The translations under genes were made by a program, and so were the position numbers. This document shows, piece by piece, positions 12,601 through 29,744 of a stretch of 64,000 nt of DNA (the stretch's first letter is position 1; the number at the start of each line of letters is the position of its first letter). The notes beneath the pieces were generated by a model, which had not been told where the DNA came from, did not search any database, and saw only the letters and a list, made by a program, of their open reading frames with translations. This stretch comes from the human T2T-CHM13v2.0 reference genome, Homo sapiens: assembly GCF_009914755.1 (NCBI RefSeq), contig NC_060925.1; one strand, given 5' to 3'.

Positions 12601-13710
12601 ATTTGCCCTCTCACTAAAAATAGAAGTTAATTATCCATTCACTAAAATAAAGATATCTGTGTTAAAATGACATGCTTTTTGTCCATGCTTTTGCAGGACA
12701 ATTTCCATGCTTTTGCAGGAAATTGTGTTTCTTGTGCCTGGCTCTCTGGTACTAAATGTATTTTTAATTGTAATGAGCTCTAATCAAGAAAGAATTTTTC
12801 TTTAAAATAAATGGCTTTCAAAATGAGAAATGAAACTAAAATATACTGTGGACATTAATCTTCTCGATTTTATACTTATATGACAATCTCACAGACTAGT
12901 TCAACGTTTGTAAACTTGCATTTGAATAGGTAATAAGTACTAAAAATAATAACTTCAAGAGCTAGGATGATGACATTTTAAAACTTAATTAGTAATATTT
13001 AAATTTCCATGCAAGATAATTCATTTCTTGGACAATATAGTCTTTAAAAACTTCATTTAAATAAAGATGTTAATAATGAAAATACTTAAATATATAAGTG
13101 AGTGGACATGTGTCTTTTATCCCATTCTAACGAATTGATTTTTACTTTATTCAACACTGTGGGATAATAAACATACGGCACTTTGCAAGTATTTTATTTT
13201 AGCTTTTAATTACATTGGGAAATTTAATATTTCAGTATTTCCTTAATTTTCTAAGATTAGTTGGTTACATGTTTTATCAAATTAATGTTTGTGATTACTG
13301 CGAAAATCTTATACTCAAAGTAGCTTCAAATTACTGTTCATGATAAAATTTCATTTGATTGACTTTTATCTCAATTCAATAATCAAAAATTCATGACACT
13401 GTTGGATTTTAGTTCATGCTGTTATCTTTCTACAGTAAAAGCAAAATTAGTTAGAGATTTTATATTTATTTCAAGATGTCACATATATTTGTCTTTTCAG
13501 TTTCCAGAGTCCTTAGCATGCATAGTGCTTAATAGAGCACATTCCTGGACAGCCTGTTATTATTCATTGAAATTTTAGATTGCATATATAATTATAATGC
13601 ATTATATGTACATACATGTGTACATACAACATTGCAAGTTTCATTCCATAATGCTCTTTGCTTTCCCATCTATATTCTCCAGGAAGGCTTGCATTTAAGT
13701 TAAGATCTAA

Positions 13711-16906
<3,196 letters not shown>

Positions 16907-18044
16907 AAGACCTAAGTTTGTTTTACTTGAGTGTTTGGGAGGCAAGTATTTTTTTTCATAAATGATATGTAAGAACTCTAAATTCTCATAAAATCATAAA
17001 CATTTTTCAACCTCTTGGCAGGCTATAGAATTGTTAATCCTTTTTCAATGGTCTTTAAATGTTGTCATGTTGCCTTCTAGCTTGTAGCTGGCCCAAGGCC
17101 TGAGTGAGGGTGGTGCTGGATTGTGTCGTCAGGGTACTAAACACCTGAGTCCTAAGGATCAAAGCTGAAAACCAAAGTAGTGTGTCAAAACCCAAGAGGC
17201 AGGCAAGAGCAAGGGTCAGAAGCAAAATAAGGACAACTGAGAGCAATGTGGGATATCCAGCAGGTTAGAGCAATTGAACTTGAAGAAGTAACTTGGGGCT
17301 TTGTCTTGTAGGATATAGATTCCGCAAGTAAAAAATTTTTGAGCCAAAGAAAGAGAGGAACCAGACACTCAAGAACTTCACAGTATCACTGAGTTGTGTG
17401 TCTCATCATGGTATATTTTGTAGTTTATATTTCACTGATAATGGAATGACACAACTCAAGCCTTTGTGTCTGCAGCACTTCAGCATTTAATAGCTGAAAT
17501 ATATTTGAGCAGCTTTATTTTGGTCACCCTCCTTTCTTCCACCCACATGATTAAGATTTGTTAATGGAGATATTTGTCAGACTGTACAAGATTGTGAATT
17601 AGATCTTCTCTGAAGTGCGACATATGGCTGAGGATCTAATCTTATTTCTGCCTGAGACCTTGTGTACCTAGGATGATCCTAATAAAGTATTATGTCTTCA
17701 TAAAGACAAAAGCCAGGCTTACTGTGAAACACAGCATCACATAGCTGGAAGAGAGCTACTTTGGTCTCTACTATTAGATCTAAGAAAGATAGCATCTTAA
17801 CTCTTCTAAGATTTAAAAAAAAATTTAAGACAAAGTAAGGCATAATCCTTCATTAATAGATTTTATAGACAGAAGACTATAAAAATATGAGCACTAGACT
17901 TGAGAACCTGAGTTCTAGAACTGTCTAAACTACAAAATACAAATTGTTTAAATCTCTCTTGGACTATTTTTCTATCTGCAAAATGGAGACACAAATAATG
18001 TTCATAGTATATTAACAAGAAACACTTTTTCATCACAGGTAAAA

Positions 18045-18270
18045 TCAGGGGCTCTAGAGCCAGACTGCAGGCCTTGAATTCTATCTCCACTACTTACCAG
18101 ATGTTTTGCCTCAGAAAATTACCTTTGCAAGCCTCACTTTCTTCATCTATAAGATGGAAATAATAATGGTACTTACACTATTTTATGAAGCTTAATTGAC
18201 ATCATCATGGTAAATGATTTAAAAAGTGCCAAACTGTACCTGGAATATAGTAAACAGTACATTTAAATTT
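18045..18270 (+). mobile_element. MIR
   Basis: gctctagagccagactgc...ccactacttacc...gcctcactttcttcatctataagatggaaataataat. Confidence 0.65.
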
Positions 18271-18481
18271 CTACTTGTGTTATCCAACTAGATCACTGAA
18301 TTTCCTTCATATTTTCTTGTATCAAAACTGTCTTGCTACAGATCCAGAAGTCAGTTGTATCTCCAGGTAAGAAGAGAGTGATAGACTTCAGAACTAAAGT
18401 GAAGTGATTTATCATTGAGATCCCATTTATCCGATATTGGAACTCCAGGCTTTTAGGAACTGATCTGTCTGGTAACCAAGT

Positions 18482-18843
18482 TGATATGGTTTGGCTGTGT
18501 CCCCACCCAAATATCATCTTGAATTGTAGCTCCGATAATTCCCACATGTTGTCGGAGGGGCCTGGTGGGAGATAATTGAATCATAGAGGCAGTTCCCCCA
18601 TACTGTTCTCATGGTAGTGAATAAGTCTCACAAGATCTGATGGTTTCATAAGGGGGAACCCCTTTCACTTGGTCCTCATTTCTCTCTTGCCAGCCACCAT
18701 GTAAGACGTCCCTTTTGCCTTCTGCCATGATTGTGAGGCCTCCCCAGGCATGGGAAATTGTGAGTCCATTAAACCTCTTTTTCTTTATAAATTACCCAGT
18801 CTCAGTTATGTCTTTACCAGCAGCATGAAAACGGACTAATACA
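18482..18843 (+). mobile_element. THE1 (about THE1C) solo LTR
   Basis: tgatatggtttggctgtgtcccc...ggactaataca; 5-bp TSD CAAGT at 18477-18481 and 18844-18848. Confidence 0.92.
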
Positions 18844-19189
18844 CAAGTCTCCTCCTTGATTGACTTCCTCTCTTTATTCTCTAGTCCTATTAGGTGAGTT
18901 TGTTCTTATTATCTTGTTCTTGCTATATTGGGCTTTTCTAATCCTGAGCTCTAGTTTTCCTATGACTGGGCCACTGAATCTTGTGGCATGGGTCATCTGA
19001 AACGCCATCAACTGCTTGCCATAATCTCAATTCTGTCCCGTGTTTGCACCTTGTCCAACACTCCTGATATCCATCCCCTTCTAATGATTTTCTTCATGTT
19101 GATTATCTGCTCCTAATTGTTCCTTTCTAGACTTGAAAAATATTAAATTGTGCTATTATACATATATTAGTTGTCTTTGGGAGTTAGAG

Positions 19190-20250
19190 TCCACAAGATT
19201 TTTTGGTTAATTGAATGTGTTAGGAAAAGATGAGGAAGGATCCACGATGAACCTGAGGATTCTGGCTTGATCAATTGTATGGCCAGTACTTCCATCAACT
19301 TTCTAGCTGAGGTATGGAGTATGGCAGGAGGAAAAGTACTGCATGGGAGTGCAGGATGAAAGATGACCAGTAGCGTTGCTATGTTTGCAAGTTGAGTTAG
19401 AATGGAGATGTCAGATAGTGTGATAGCCTTCATGCTGAGGAAAGAGGGATGTGCTAGAGATTACAACTTGGGGGATATCAATCTATACGTAGCAAGTAGA
19501 GATCTGATGATTGAGGATCACCCAGGTGAGAGTCCACAGGGAAAAGGGAAGAGGGCCCCTAAGGTCCAGTCATTTTAAATGACAACTGAGAAAAGAGAAT
19601 TCACAAAGGAGCCTATAGAACTTAGAGGGGAAAAGAAAAAAGTCAGAAAAGTATGAAGCTATAAAAAAGAATAGCTTTTAAGAGATAGAGAGATAAGATA
19701 ATTCAAATATCAAGACTTCAAGTAAGAAAATGACTCCAAATGTGTTATTACTGGGGACCCTGGCCAGTAGGTTCATGGGGTGGTGAGGACAGTAGCCAGA
19801 TGGCAGTTGGCTGTGCACTGAGTGGAAACTGAGTGAGAATAGATGGTGAACATAGACAACTGTTCTGAGAAGTCTGGCTGTAAAGAGGGGAAGGCAGATA
19901 CTACAGGAGCCATAGGGAAATAAAGGAGAGATAAAGAGGGTTATGTTATGTACTTTGCTTCTTTTCTTTTGTTCTATTTTTAGCAAAAATGTGAACATGC
20001 TTACATACTTACAGAGAAAAGAGAAATTGCAGATGGAAAATAAAGAGAGGCAAGACCCTACAGGGAAGTAAAAGAATCTTATTCTGAGCACGCTGAAATT
20101 TTATCCTTGGATAAAGAGACAAAACCTAGTAGCCTGGTTAATAGGAGGAAAACAGGAATAGATGTATATGGATGTAGATAAGTCTATATCACTGGTACAG
20201 GGAAATTAAAGAAGGTACCTCTAACAGGTTCTATTTACTCTGCAAGTAAA
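19190..20250 (-). mobile_element. L2 fragments
   Basis: Purine-rich L2 motifs (gaggattctggcttga, gctagagattacaacttggggg, gagaagtctggctgtaaagagg). Confidence 0.55.
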
Positions 20251-20339
20251 TTGCAGACGATGAAAAAGTGGGGTAAGAGGATTAAATGCTTCAGGCGAGA
20301 GGAACCTTTAAGTAGTAGTTTTCTCCACAAATTTTGGAG

Positions 20340-21614
20340 GTTAATAATTTTCAGTGTTTTGGACAAAATGAACAAGTTGATTCTAAAATTGAGGAGAATA
20401 ACAAAGAATAAAACTGGCTAAAACACTCCTGAGGAAGAATAATGACTTGGAGGGAATATGTCCTACCAGATAATATAGCAAGAATTATTATAATGCTATA
20501 ACAATTTTAAAAGGATGACATTGGCTCAAGGGGTAAATATATAAAACAAAGACTCAGAAACGGCCATATATAAGTGGAAAATTATACATAAGAGAAATGG
20601 TATTGCCATCATTGGGAACAGAACAAATGGCATTAAAATTTTTTTGCCCAATTATTTATTGATATTGAAAACATAGAGTTGATCTTCTTCTCATTTATAC
20701 ATAAAAACTAATTCCAAATAAATTAATTACATGGGAAAAGCAAAAACTTTATACTTTACAAAAGCAAAAGAATATTTCATTACCTCAATGTAGGAATACA
20801 TTTATTTAAGACAAAAGTGGTAATTATGAAAAAATTAAGGATAAATTCAATTACATTAAATTAACTATAATAGTCAAAAATACTGTAAGTAATGTAGAAA
20901 AAAAATCAACAAACTGGGAGAAGGAATTTGCATGGCATACAGTCAACAAGATAATGATGATCTTAGTATGTAAAGCACTCCTTCAAATCAATGAGAAAGT
21001 GACAATGGACCAATTAATAAAATGGAAATGAGACATGAAGAACTATTTCACAGAAGAGGAAGCACGAATGGTCAAAAACATAAGAAAATGCAGTCCATCT
21101 CACTAGTTATCAGGGAAATGCAAGTTCAGATCACAGATAAATGCCATTTTGCATCTAGATTGGTAAAAATGATTACATCTTACAAAGCCAACCTGACAGA
21201 CATGTGGAACAACAAGTAAGAGTGACTCTTACATAGAACTAATGCATGTATCCATTGGCATAAGCTCTGGAAAGCAATTTGAAGTTATTTTATAAATTTG
21301 ACCATAAATTTACTCTAAATTGACTAAGTAATTCCACTCCTACACACACACTAAAGGAAAAATCTTCAATGTGTATGTGCAATCGTGTACAAATCAAAAT
21401 ATGTAAAAAAAGTTCATACAGCAAAAAACTTGAAAAATAAAAGTATTTTTGCCTTGACAAGAAAAGGAAAAAAAAAACTGTAGTATATTTATATAACAGG
21501 TTGTTAGAGAATATTGAAAATGAATGAACTACTGTTATGTGCAACTACATGCATAAATTGTTAAAACCTAAGTTGAACCAAAAAAGGCAGGACTCCATAG
21601 ACCATGATGTGCTA
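20340..21614 (+). mobile_element. Old L1M (L1ME-like) ORF2 3' part / 3' UTR, interrupted by Tigger1
   Basis: aacaagttgattctaaaatt, acaaactgggagaagg, cactagttatcagggaaatgcaa, aatgaatgaactac. Confidence 0.65.
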
Positions 21615-23011
21615 TACAGACGTGCCTCATTTTATTGTACTTCACAGTAATGTGCTTCACAGATACTGCATTTTTTTTCACAAATTGAAAGTTTGTGGCA
21701 ACTCAGCATCAAGCAATAGCATGTGCTCAGTTTGTGTCTCGGTGTCACATTCTGATAATTTTTGCAATATCTCAAACTTTTTCAGTATTTTGTTACATGT
21801 GTTAGGGTAATCTGTGATCAATGATCTTTGATGTTCCTATTGTAATTGTTTTTGGGCACCACAAACCATGCCCATATGGCAACCAACTTAATTGATAAAT
21901 GTTCAGTATGTCTGACTGCTTCACTGATAGGCTGTTCCTCTGTTTCTCTCCCTATTCTCAGGCCTCCATATTCCCTGAGACTAAACAATATTGAAATTAG
22001 GCCAATTAATAACGCTTTCAATGTTCAAGTGAAAGTAAGGGTCACCCAACTATCACTTTAAATCAAAATCTAGAACTGATTAAGCTTATGGAGGAAGGCA
22101 TATTGACTAAGATAGGCTGAAACTAATCCTGTTGTGCCAAACAGCCAAGATGTCAATGCAGAGGAAAAGTTCTTGAAGAAGGTTAAAATTGCTACTCCAG
22201 TTCACACACAAATGGTAAAAAAGTGAAAGAGCCTTTTTGCTGAGATGGTGAAAGTTTGAGTGGTCTGGATAGAAGATCAAACCAGCCACAACATTTCCTT
22301 AAGCCAAAGCCTAACCCGGAGCAAAGCCCCTACTCTCCTCAATTCTATGAAGGCTGAGAGAAATAAGGAAGCTGCAGAAGAAAAGTTGGAAGCTAGCAGA
22401 GGTTGGTTCATAAGGTTTAAGGGAAGAAGCCATCTCCATAACATAAGAGTGCAAGGTGAAGTAGCAGGTGCTAATGTAAAGGTGCAGCAAGTTATTCTTA
22501 AGATCTAGCTAAGATAATTGATTAAAGTGGCTACACTGAAAAGCACATTTTCAGTGTAGGCAAAACAACCTCCTGTTGGAAGAAAATGCCATCTAGGACT
22601 TTCATAGCTAGAAAGAAGTTGATGCCTGGCTTCACAGTTTCAAAGGACAGGCTGACTCTCTTGTTAGGGGCTAATGCAGCTGATGACTTTAACTGAAACT
22701 AGTGTTCATTTATCATTCAGAAAATTCTAGGCCCCTTACAAATGGTGCTAAATCTACTATGTCTGTGCTCCATAAATGGAACAATAAAGCCTGGATGACA
22801 GCACATCTGTTTACAGTATGGTTTACTGAATATTGTAAGCCCACTGTTGACAGCTAATGCTCAGGAAAAAAAAAAAAGATTTATTTCAAAACATTACTGC
22901 TCATTGACAATGCCCCTAGTCACCCAAGATCTCTGATGGAGATGGGCAAGGATGTGAATGTTTTTATCCAGCCCATCTATGAATCAGGGAGTAATTTCAG
23001 CTTTCAAGTCT

Positions 23012-23305
<294 letters not shown>

Positions 23306-23449
23306 TTCAAGTCTCATTATTTAAGAAATACATTTTATAAGGTGAACACTCCGTAGATAGTGATTCCTTTGGCGATTCTGGGAAAAATCCATTGCAAACC
23401 ATCTGGGAAGGATTCATCATTCTAGGTGCCATTCAGAACATTTGTAGGT

Positions 23450-23494
23450 GCCTCATTAATGCAGTAGGTAGCATGGTAGTCTCATAATCTGAAG
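23450..23494 (+). pseudogene. 3'-truncated (tailless) tRNA-Met(CAT) retropseudogene, nt 1-45
   Basis: gcctcattaatgcagtaggtagcatggtagtctcataatctgaag vs recalled elongator tRNA-Met GCCTCGTTAGCGCAGTAGGTAGCGCGTCAGTCTCATAATCTGAAG, 38/45 identical; CAT anticodon at 23483-23485 (positions 34-36); flanking duplication of Tigger1 sequence. Confidence 0.85.
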
Positions 23495-24947
23495 AAACAT
23501 TCATGATTCATGGGAGGAGGTCAAAATAGCAACATTAACAAGAGTTGGAAGAAATTGATTCCAACCCTTATGGATGACTTTGAGGGGTTCAACACCTCAA
23601 TGGAGGAAGTAACTGCGGATGTGGTGGAAATAGCAGGAGAAGTAGAATTAGAAGTGGACCTGAAGATGTGACTGAATAGCTGCCATCTCATGATCAAAGT
23701 TGAATGGATGCAAAGTTGCTTCTTATGGATGAAAAAAAAAAGAATTTTGTGAAATGAAATCTACTCCTGGTGAACACTGTCGAAATAGCAACAAAGATTT
23801 TAGAATATTACATAAACATAACTCATAAAACAGCAATGAGGTTTGAGAGGATTGACTCCAATTTTGAAAGAAGTTCTATTGTGGTTAAAATATTATCAAA
23901 AAGCACAGCATGTTACAAAGAAATCTTTCATGAAAGGAAGAGTCAATAGAAGCAACAAATTTTATTATTGTTTTGTTTTAAGAAATTGCCACAGCCATCT
24001 CAGCCTTCAGCAACCATCACCCTGATCAGTCAGCAGCTGTCAACATGGAGGCAAGACCCTCCACCAGCAAAAAGATTATGACTTGCTAAAGGCTGAGATG
24101 ATCGTTAGCATTTTTTAGCAATACAGGTTTTTAAAATTAAGGTATGCACATTGTTTTTGCAGGCATAATGCAATGGTACACTTAATAGACTACAGTATAG
24201 TGTAAGTATAACTTTTATATGCACTAGGAAACCAAAAATATTGTGTGTCTCATTTCATTTTGATATTTGCTTTATTACAGTAGTCTGGAACTGAACCTAC
24301 AATATCTCTGAGGTATGCCTATATTTGTAAATCTTAGGGATAAATAAAAAGTAAGCAATATAAAGACCTAAAAAAGGCTAATATACACAAGATGGGGCCA
24401 AAAAATGGAAGGCAAAGCCTGCAATGGTGAGCTAAATGTTAGGAGTGAAGTCTGAGTCTGTTCAACTGTCTCTGATAGAGTAATTGACAAAATAAAGAAT
24501 AGAAAATTCAGAATAAAGTTGGCCAAAGAATAATATTTATGCCATAAAGTCGATGAAAGAATATAAGACAAGATCTCATGGCAAAATGTGGGGGAATATT
24601 AACTAGGGACACAAGAGCCCCTTTAGGTCAGCTTGGGCTAAAATCTGCTAGTGTTAGAAAACACATCAAATTAAAATCAGAAAAAACAAACACATTTGTG
24701 AAACTAAATACTCCTGTATGCAACTGAAGGGAAGTAAGAAGGTATGTCAAGTTCTCTTTAATAGTTCCAGATACTTTCCCAAGGCACCACAAATCACACA
24801 TATTTCCTGAATGTCTCATCTTTAATGAAGCTGCACTAAGTAGAAGCATTTTGTGTGTCATCAACTTGGTTTCCAGCCATTCTACTTTTCCATTATCAGT
24901 TATTTGCTAAAATAAGACCCAGGCTCAAATTAAGAGGCCAATTATTC

Positions 24948-25236
24948 TTTTATTTATTTATTTATTTATTTATTATTTTATTATTATTATACTTTAAGTT
25001 TTAGGGTACATGTGCACAATGTGCAGGTTAGTTACATATGTATACATGTGCCATGCTGGTGTGCTGCACCCATTAACTCGTCATTTAGCATTAGGTATAT
25101 CTCCTAATGCTATCCCTCCCCCCTCCCCCCACCCCACAACAGTCCCCAGAGTGTGATGTTCCCCTTCCTGTGTCCATGTGTTCTCATTGTTCAATTCCCA
25201 CCTATGAGTGAGAATATGTGGTGTTTGGTTTTTTGT
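24948..25236 (-). mobile_element. Short young L1PA (about L1PA3) 3' end
   Basis: (TTTA)n tail then tatactttaagttttagggtacatgtgcacaatgtgcagg...gtgagaatatgtggtgtttggttttttgt. Confidence 0.92.
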
Positions 25237-25597
25237 ATGAAAAGAAGATCTTGTTCATTTTTCCTGTTTCTTTTTACTCTGAAGTAAAGGAGATATTACT
25301 AGTAGCAGTAGAATATAAAAATAACAAATAATTGTACCATCAGATGACTGTATCTAGCTTTTGACATTGTTTAATATTATCTACCATCTAGCTTTACTCT
25401 CCCCAACAAGTCTATTAAGTGTCAAGTCATCTCAAAGTCAAATATCATGAAATTCAGACCCTGAAAAAAAAATAAGCGACTTGTCCTAGCTAGATTGATG
25501 ATAGAATCAAAACTAACATTCAGATCTTTTGACTCATGCTTTCCTTGAATCAATCTAAATAAGCCACTTTAGATTTCACATGTCTAGTTTGCCTTTA

Positions 25598-25842
<245 letters not shown>

Positions 25843-26348
25843 ACATAATATTTTAAATTAGACATTGTGTTTTGGAAAAATGGAAGAGTTATACTCTAAA
25901 GATCTTTCAACAAATCTTCAGTATGCCTTTACTAAATGGAGAAGCTATGTATTGATATGTGGTAATACTATTGGTGGATCAGAAAGTATTAGGTAATTCT
26001 AGGTCATTATGAATACCAACTGAAACAGTTCTTCCCCAAAATCTTCATAGCACATCTCTCAAAAATGGAATATAATATACTCTTTAATAAGATTATTGTC
26101 TAATTTTTTAACATAAGTTAAATGCAATTAGATATTTGATTTTCTAATGGTTACATTTTAAAATATATTGATTTTGATTTTGAATAACATTAAATGTTTT
26201 TCCACATCTAGGGAGGACACATCTATGACTAGCAGTGGCATGTGCTCAGGAAAGGTAAATGTATGTCCTGGTTCAGGTGTATTCTCACTTAACCTCTATG
26301 ATTTTCATATTCTTCATCTAAAGTTAGAGGAGTTTATTTAGATGCCTC

Positions 26349-26968
26349 TGTGGTAGATACTATGGGTTGACTTGCTCAGCCTTCATCCCACCCTCCACCT
26401 ATGTGGTTTTCTATATTGTAGATTCTGGAAGGCTAAAACTACATTTCTCACTTTCCTTGCAGTAGGGTTCTACACATAAATTAGGTTTCACCAATTAAAA
26501 ACACTTGGAAGGCAGAAGTGAAGTGGAAATCATTTTCCTCTTTTGGCTACATCTACAGGCTTGCACAGTTATGATGACATGAGGATCTTGGCAACAGCAT
26601 TCCATTGTCCACTCTCCAGCTACCTAAGTGTCAAGAGGCAGTTTTGACAAAGGCAGTGCCAATCCTACCCATTCACCAGTGTTCATTCACTTGCTTTGTG
26701 AATGTTCAGGGACCATGGCAATGGTGGCAGTGACACAGAGGCAGTCCTAATCCTTGGATCATAGCTATGACCTTGTGTTTTGTATTCGACAATTCCAGCT
26801 TCAGCCTGAGAGTTCTGTAGTGTTCTGTTAGTCATTACTGGAAGGCCCTGCAGAGCCTATTCTTTCAGCCATTCCAGGGATGCCTTTTGCATCTTATTCT
26901 CAATACTAAATTTATTTCTACTTAAAATACTTAGAGTTGGTTTTTATGTCCTGCTCTGAAACCTGATA
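26349..26968 (+). mobile_element. ERVL-type solo LTR (LTR33/LTR16-like)
   Basis: tgtggtagatact start; tacatttctcactttccttgcag; ttctacttaaaatacttagagttggttt...cctgata end. Confidence 0.6.
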
Positions 26969-29744
26969 TCTAAGTTTGCTGTGTGCTCTAATGTTCTTAG
27001 GTTACTGGGGAACTTGGTGTGTTTTCTAAAACATAGTCTCCAATATTTATGGTAATTTCTTAAATAATTTAAGTTTCTTTCTATGTAGAGTCTATTTGTA
27101 ATGTAATTTTATTACTATCCTATAATTATCCTTGTTGGTGTTGAGTACATGGGAGTCAAGTGTATAAACATATTTGTTAATGAATCAACAGCTTATATTT
27201 TCAGGAATTAGGATAGCTATTAGGTGCTATTAAAATAGAGTATACATATATGTTCCAAAAAATTTTATGTACTGATACAATGAATTAGAATGTCTGAAGT
27301 AGATATAAGAGTGTATAATTAACTGTATTTTCTAAAAGGATTTTTTGTATGAATATGAAAAAATATTATTTATATATACATATATATAGAGAGAGAAGAG
27401 AAATAATTATGCGGATGACTGCTAATAATCTGTGATTTTTTTATGAGCGTCCTTTTACAGCATTCATCTTGGGTTAACCATTACAACACCTGAATAACTA
27501 TTTGATATTTGCCGTCACCTCCTTAACGTCTTGATAATCAATATTAACTGCACATGAACACTTTACATTCTTCTTGAGCTAAAACTATTCAAATACCTTC
27601 AATCCTTGTGAATATTTTCCCAAATTGCAAGGAGTTCTTGCAATTCCTCTATTCTTTATATTTTAAAGAATGTAATACAGAAAGATCTACATAATATAGG
27701 TGATAAATTACTCACTTTGGAAACTGATATTTGAGATCTAATTGAAAAAAAAAAAAACAAAAAGCAAGAACTGAGCAAGCCTGCAACATTATCAGTCTCA
27801 ATTCTGGGAATATCTTTGTTACTGAATTGTAAGGAGTGCAACCAAGGATGGATGATAGGTGGGGAAAAGGAAGTATAGTGTTCAGTCCTAATATTGGTAA
27901 AGAGTGCCTGGAAACGAACAGCACCAAGGAATGTAAGCAGAGGAATAGGTCAGATCCAGGAAAGGAAGCAGGGTAGGGCACATACAAGAACATGTTTCAG
28001 AGGAAGCAGCTGGCCAGCAGCTGCTGAACACTCCAGAAACAGAGAGATTCAAATTGCTATATAGCAAGCTGTAAAGTCCAAAATGTAGGAGAATGGGTGG
28101 GTCCCAGGTGGTCTGAGGGAAATTGAATGGTCAAAGAAGAAAAGTCGTGAAAACAGTCCAGCCAATAATAAAAAGGATAAATTAGGATAAAACAAAGATA
28201 AGATATCTGAAGTATCAGGAATGAGTATCTTTTTGATATTGAAGGCAGATATCCTGTCCTAAATTTTGGGTTTTCTATTATACTTTGGAAGGAAGAACTT
28301 ATCCTACAGTAAACAGTCCAGGCTGAGCAGAAAACTGAAAGTACTACGCTGAGATGGAATATATACTCAGAGGCAAAAAGCCTGTCATATCCATTGGGTG
28401 GCAAGCTTAGGATTGTAGTGGAGTGTTATGTGGAGCAGTCAGGCTCTGGGAAGATAATTTTGTGCTGAGAGCAAGACTTAGGCACAGAAACCTCAAGGGA
28501 CAAGGATCAAAGAAGAGAGAAAAATTGGTCCTTTGCTGAAAATTCACTTGCACCAAAAAGAAAATCACACAGAAAGGCATGAAGTAAACATCCAAAGTCA
28601 AGTAGAGAGGGGTCTCTGTCTGTGCTTTCTTGCCATCTACAGTCATTTTCACAGCAGACAAAAGCCCACAGGTGCTCATTTCTGAAGCAGGGCAAATGCA
28701 ATTAGCTATTACAACTCAATAGAATGATCTGTATTCTAGTCACATCATGTTGTTAGTTGTGTTTCTTAGCAGCACACTGAAAAAAGGAGTCGATTTGTGT
28801 GGCCTGACCATTTTTCCCTCTTATAGTAAAAACAAATGTTATGTCTGAAAATTTAGATATTTTTACCTTTATTTTATTTGTTCTATTCAAAGATATTTTG
28901 AATATAAGTGGTACCTGTAGGCAAAAATCAACTAACATTTATTAAGCACCTTTTTGCTTGCATTTTACATATAATAGTTTATGCAGAACTATATAGTTTT
29001 CACAGAACTTAGTAAGTTCTCATAGAACTGATAGTAAAACTTCAGACTAAGAATCAGTATTGCAGAGTTCAAGCTTCAGATGTATTTCTAAGCAGCTAAA
29101 ACCTTGAGCAAATTACTTCCCCAGTCATTGGTTTTTACAACTGCAAATGAGGATGTTAAAAGCTGTTTTACAGCTTGTTTGGACAGGATTAAAGGGGTTT
29201 ACATATGAAATTCTGTTAAGTTTAATGAATATTTATTAACAAAATAATGTTTGCCAAACAGCATGCAAAGGCTTTTGGGATGATACAAAGGAAATAAGCT
29301 GTGGTTTTGGCCATTGAGGTCTGAGTCTAAAGAGGGAGACTGAAATATACACTTTAAAATTAGAGAAAATGCAGGAACTGTGAGAGTACAGAGAAGTTCA
29401 GTATGAAAGTAACTAAAATAATAGCCACATCCAATCACTCTTGATGTTCAATGAGTTATTTTCTCTTTTTGTTTAAATTATTTCTAATCAAAAGGCAAGG
29501 AACAGAAATGTCCATTATCACTGACAGGTAGATGATTTACAGTTGTGAATGATGAGTTACTCATTAATGTATTAGTACTGGAGGTATTACGATGCAGTAG
29601 GTCAGAGCCCCAAGGCTCACAGCAGGCTCTTGTCCATTGTAACTTAACTATATAACTTGGAAACATTCCAGATCCTCTCTCTCCCTGGTCCTTCCACTTA
29701 CTAGCTACGTGACCTTGAACAAGTTACTTAAACTCTCTTTTCGA

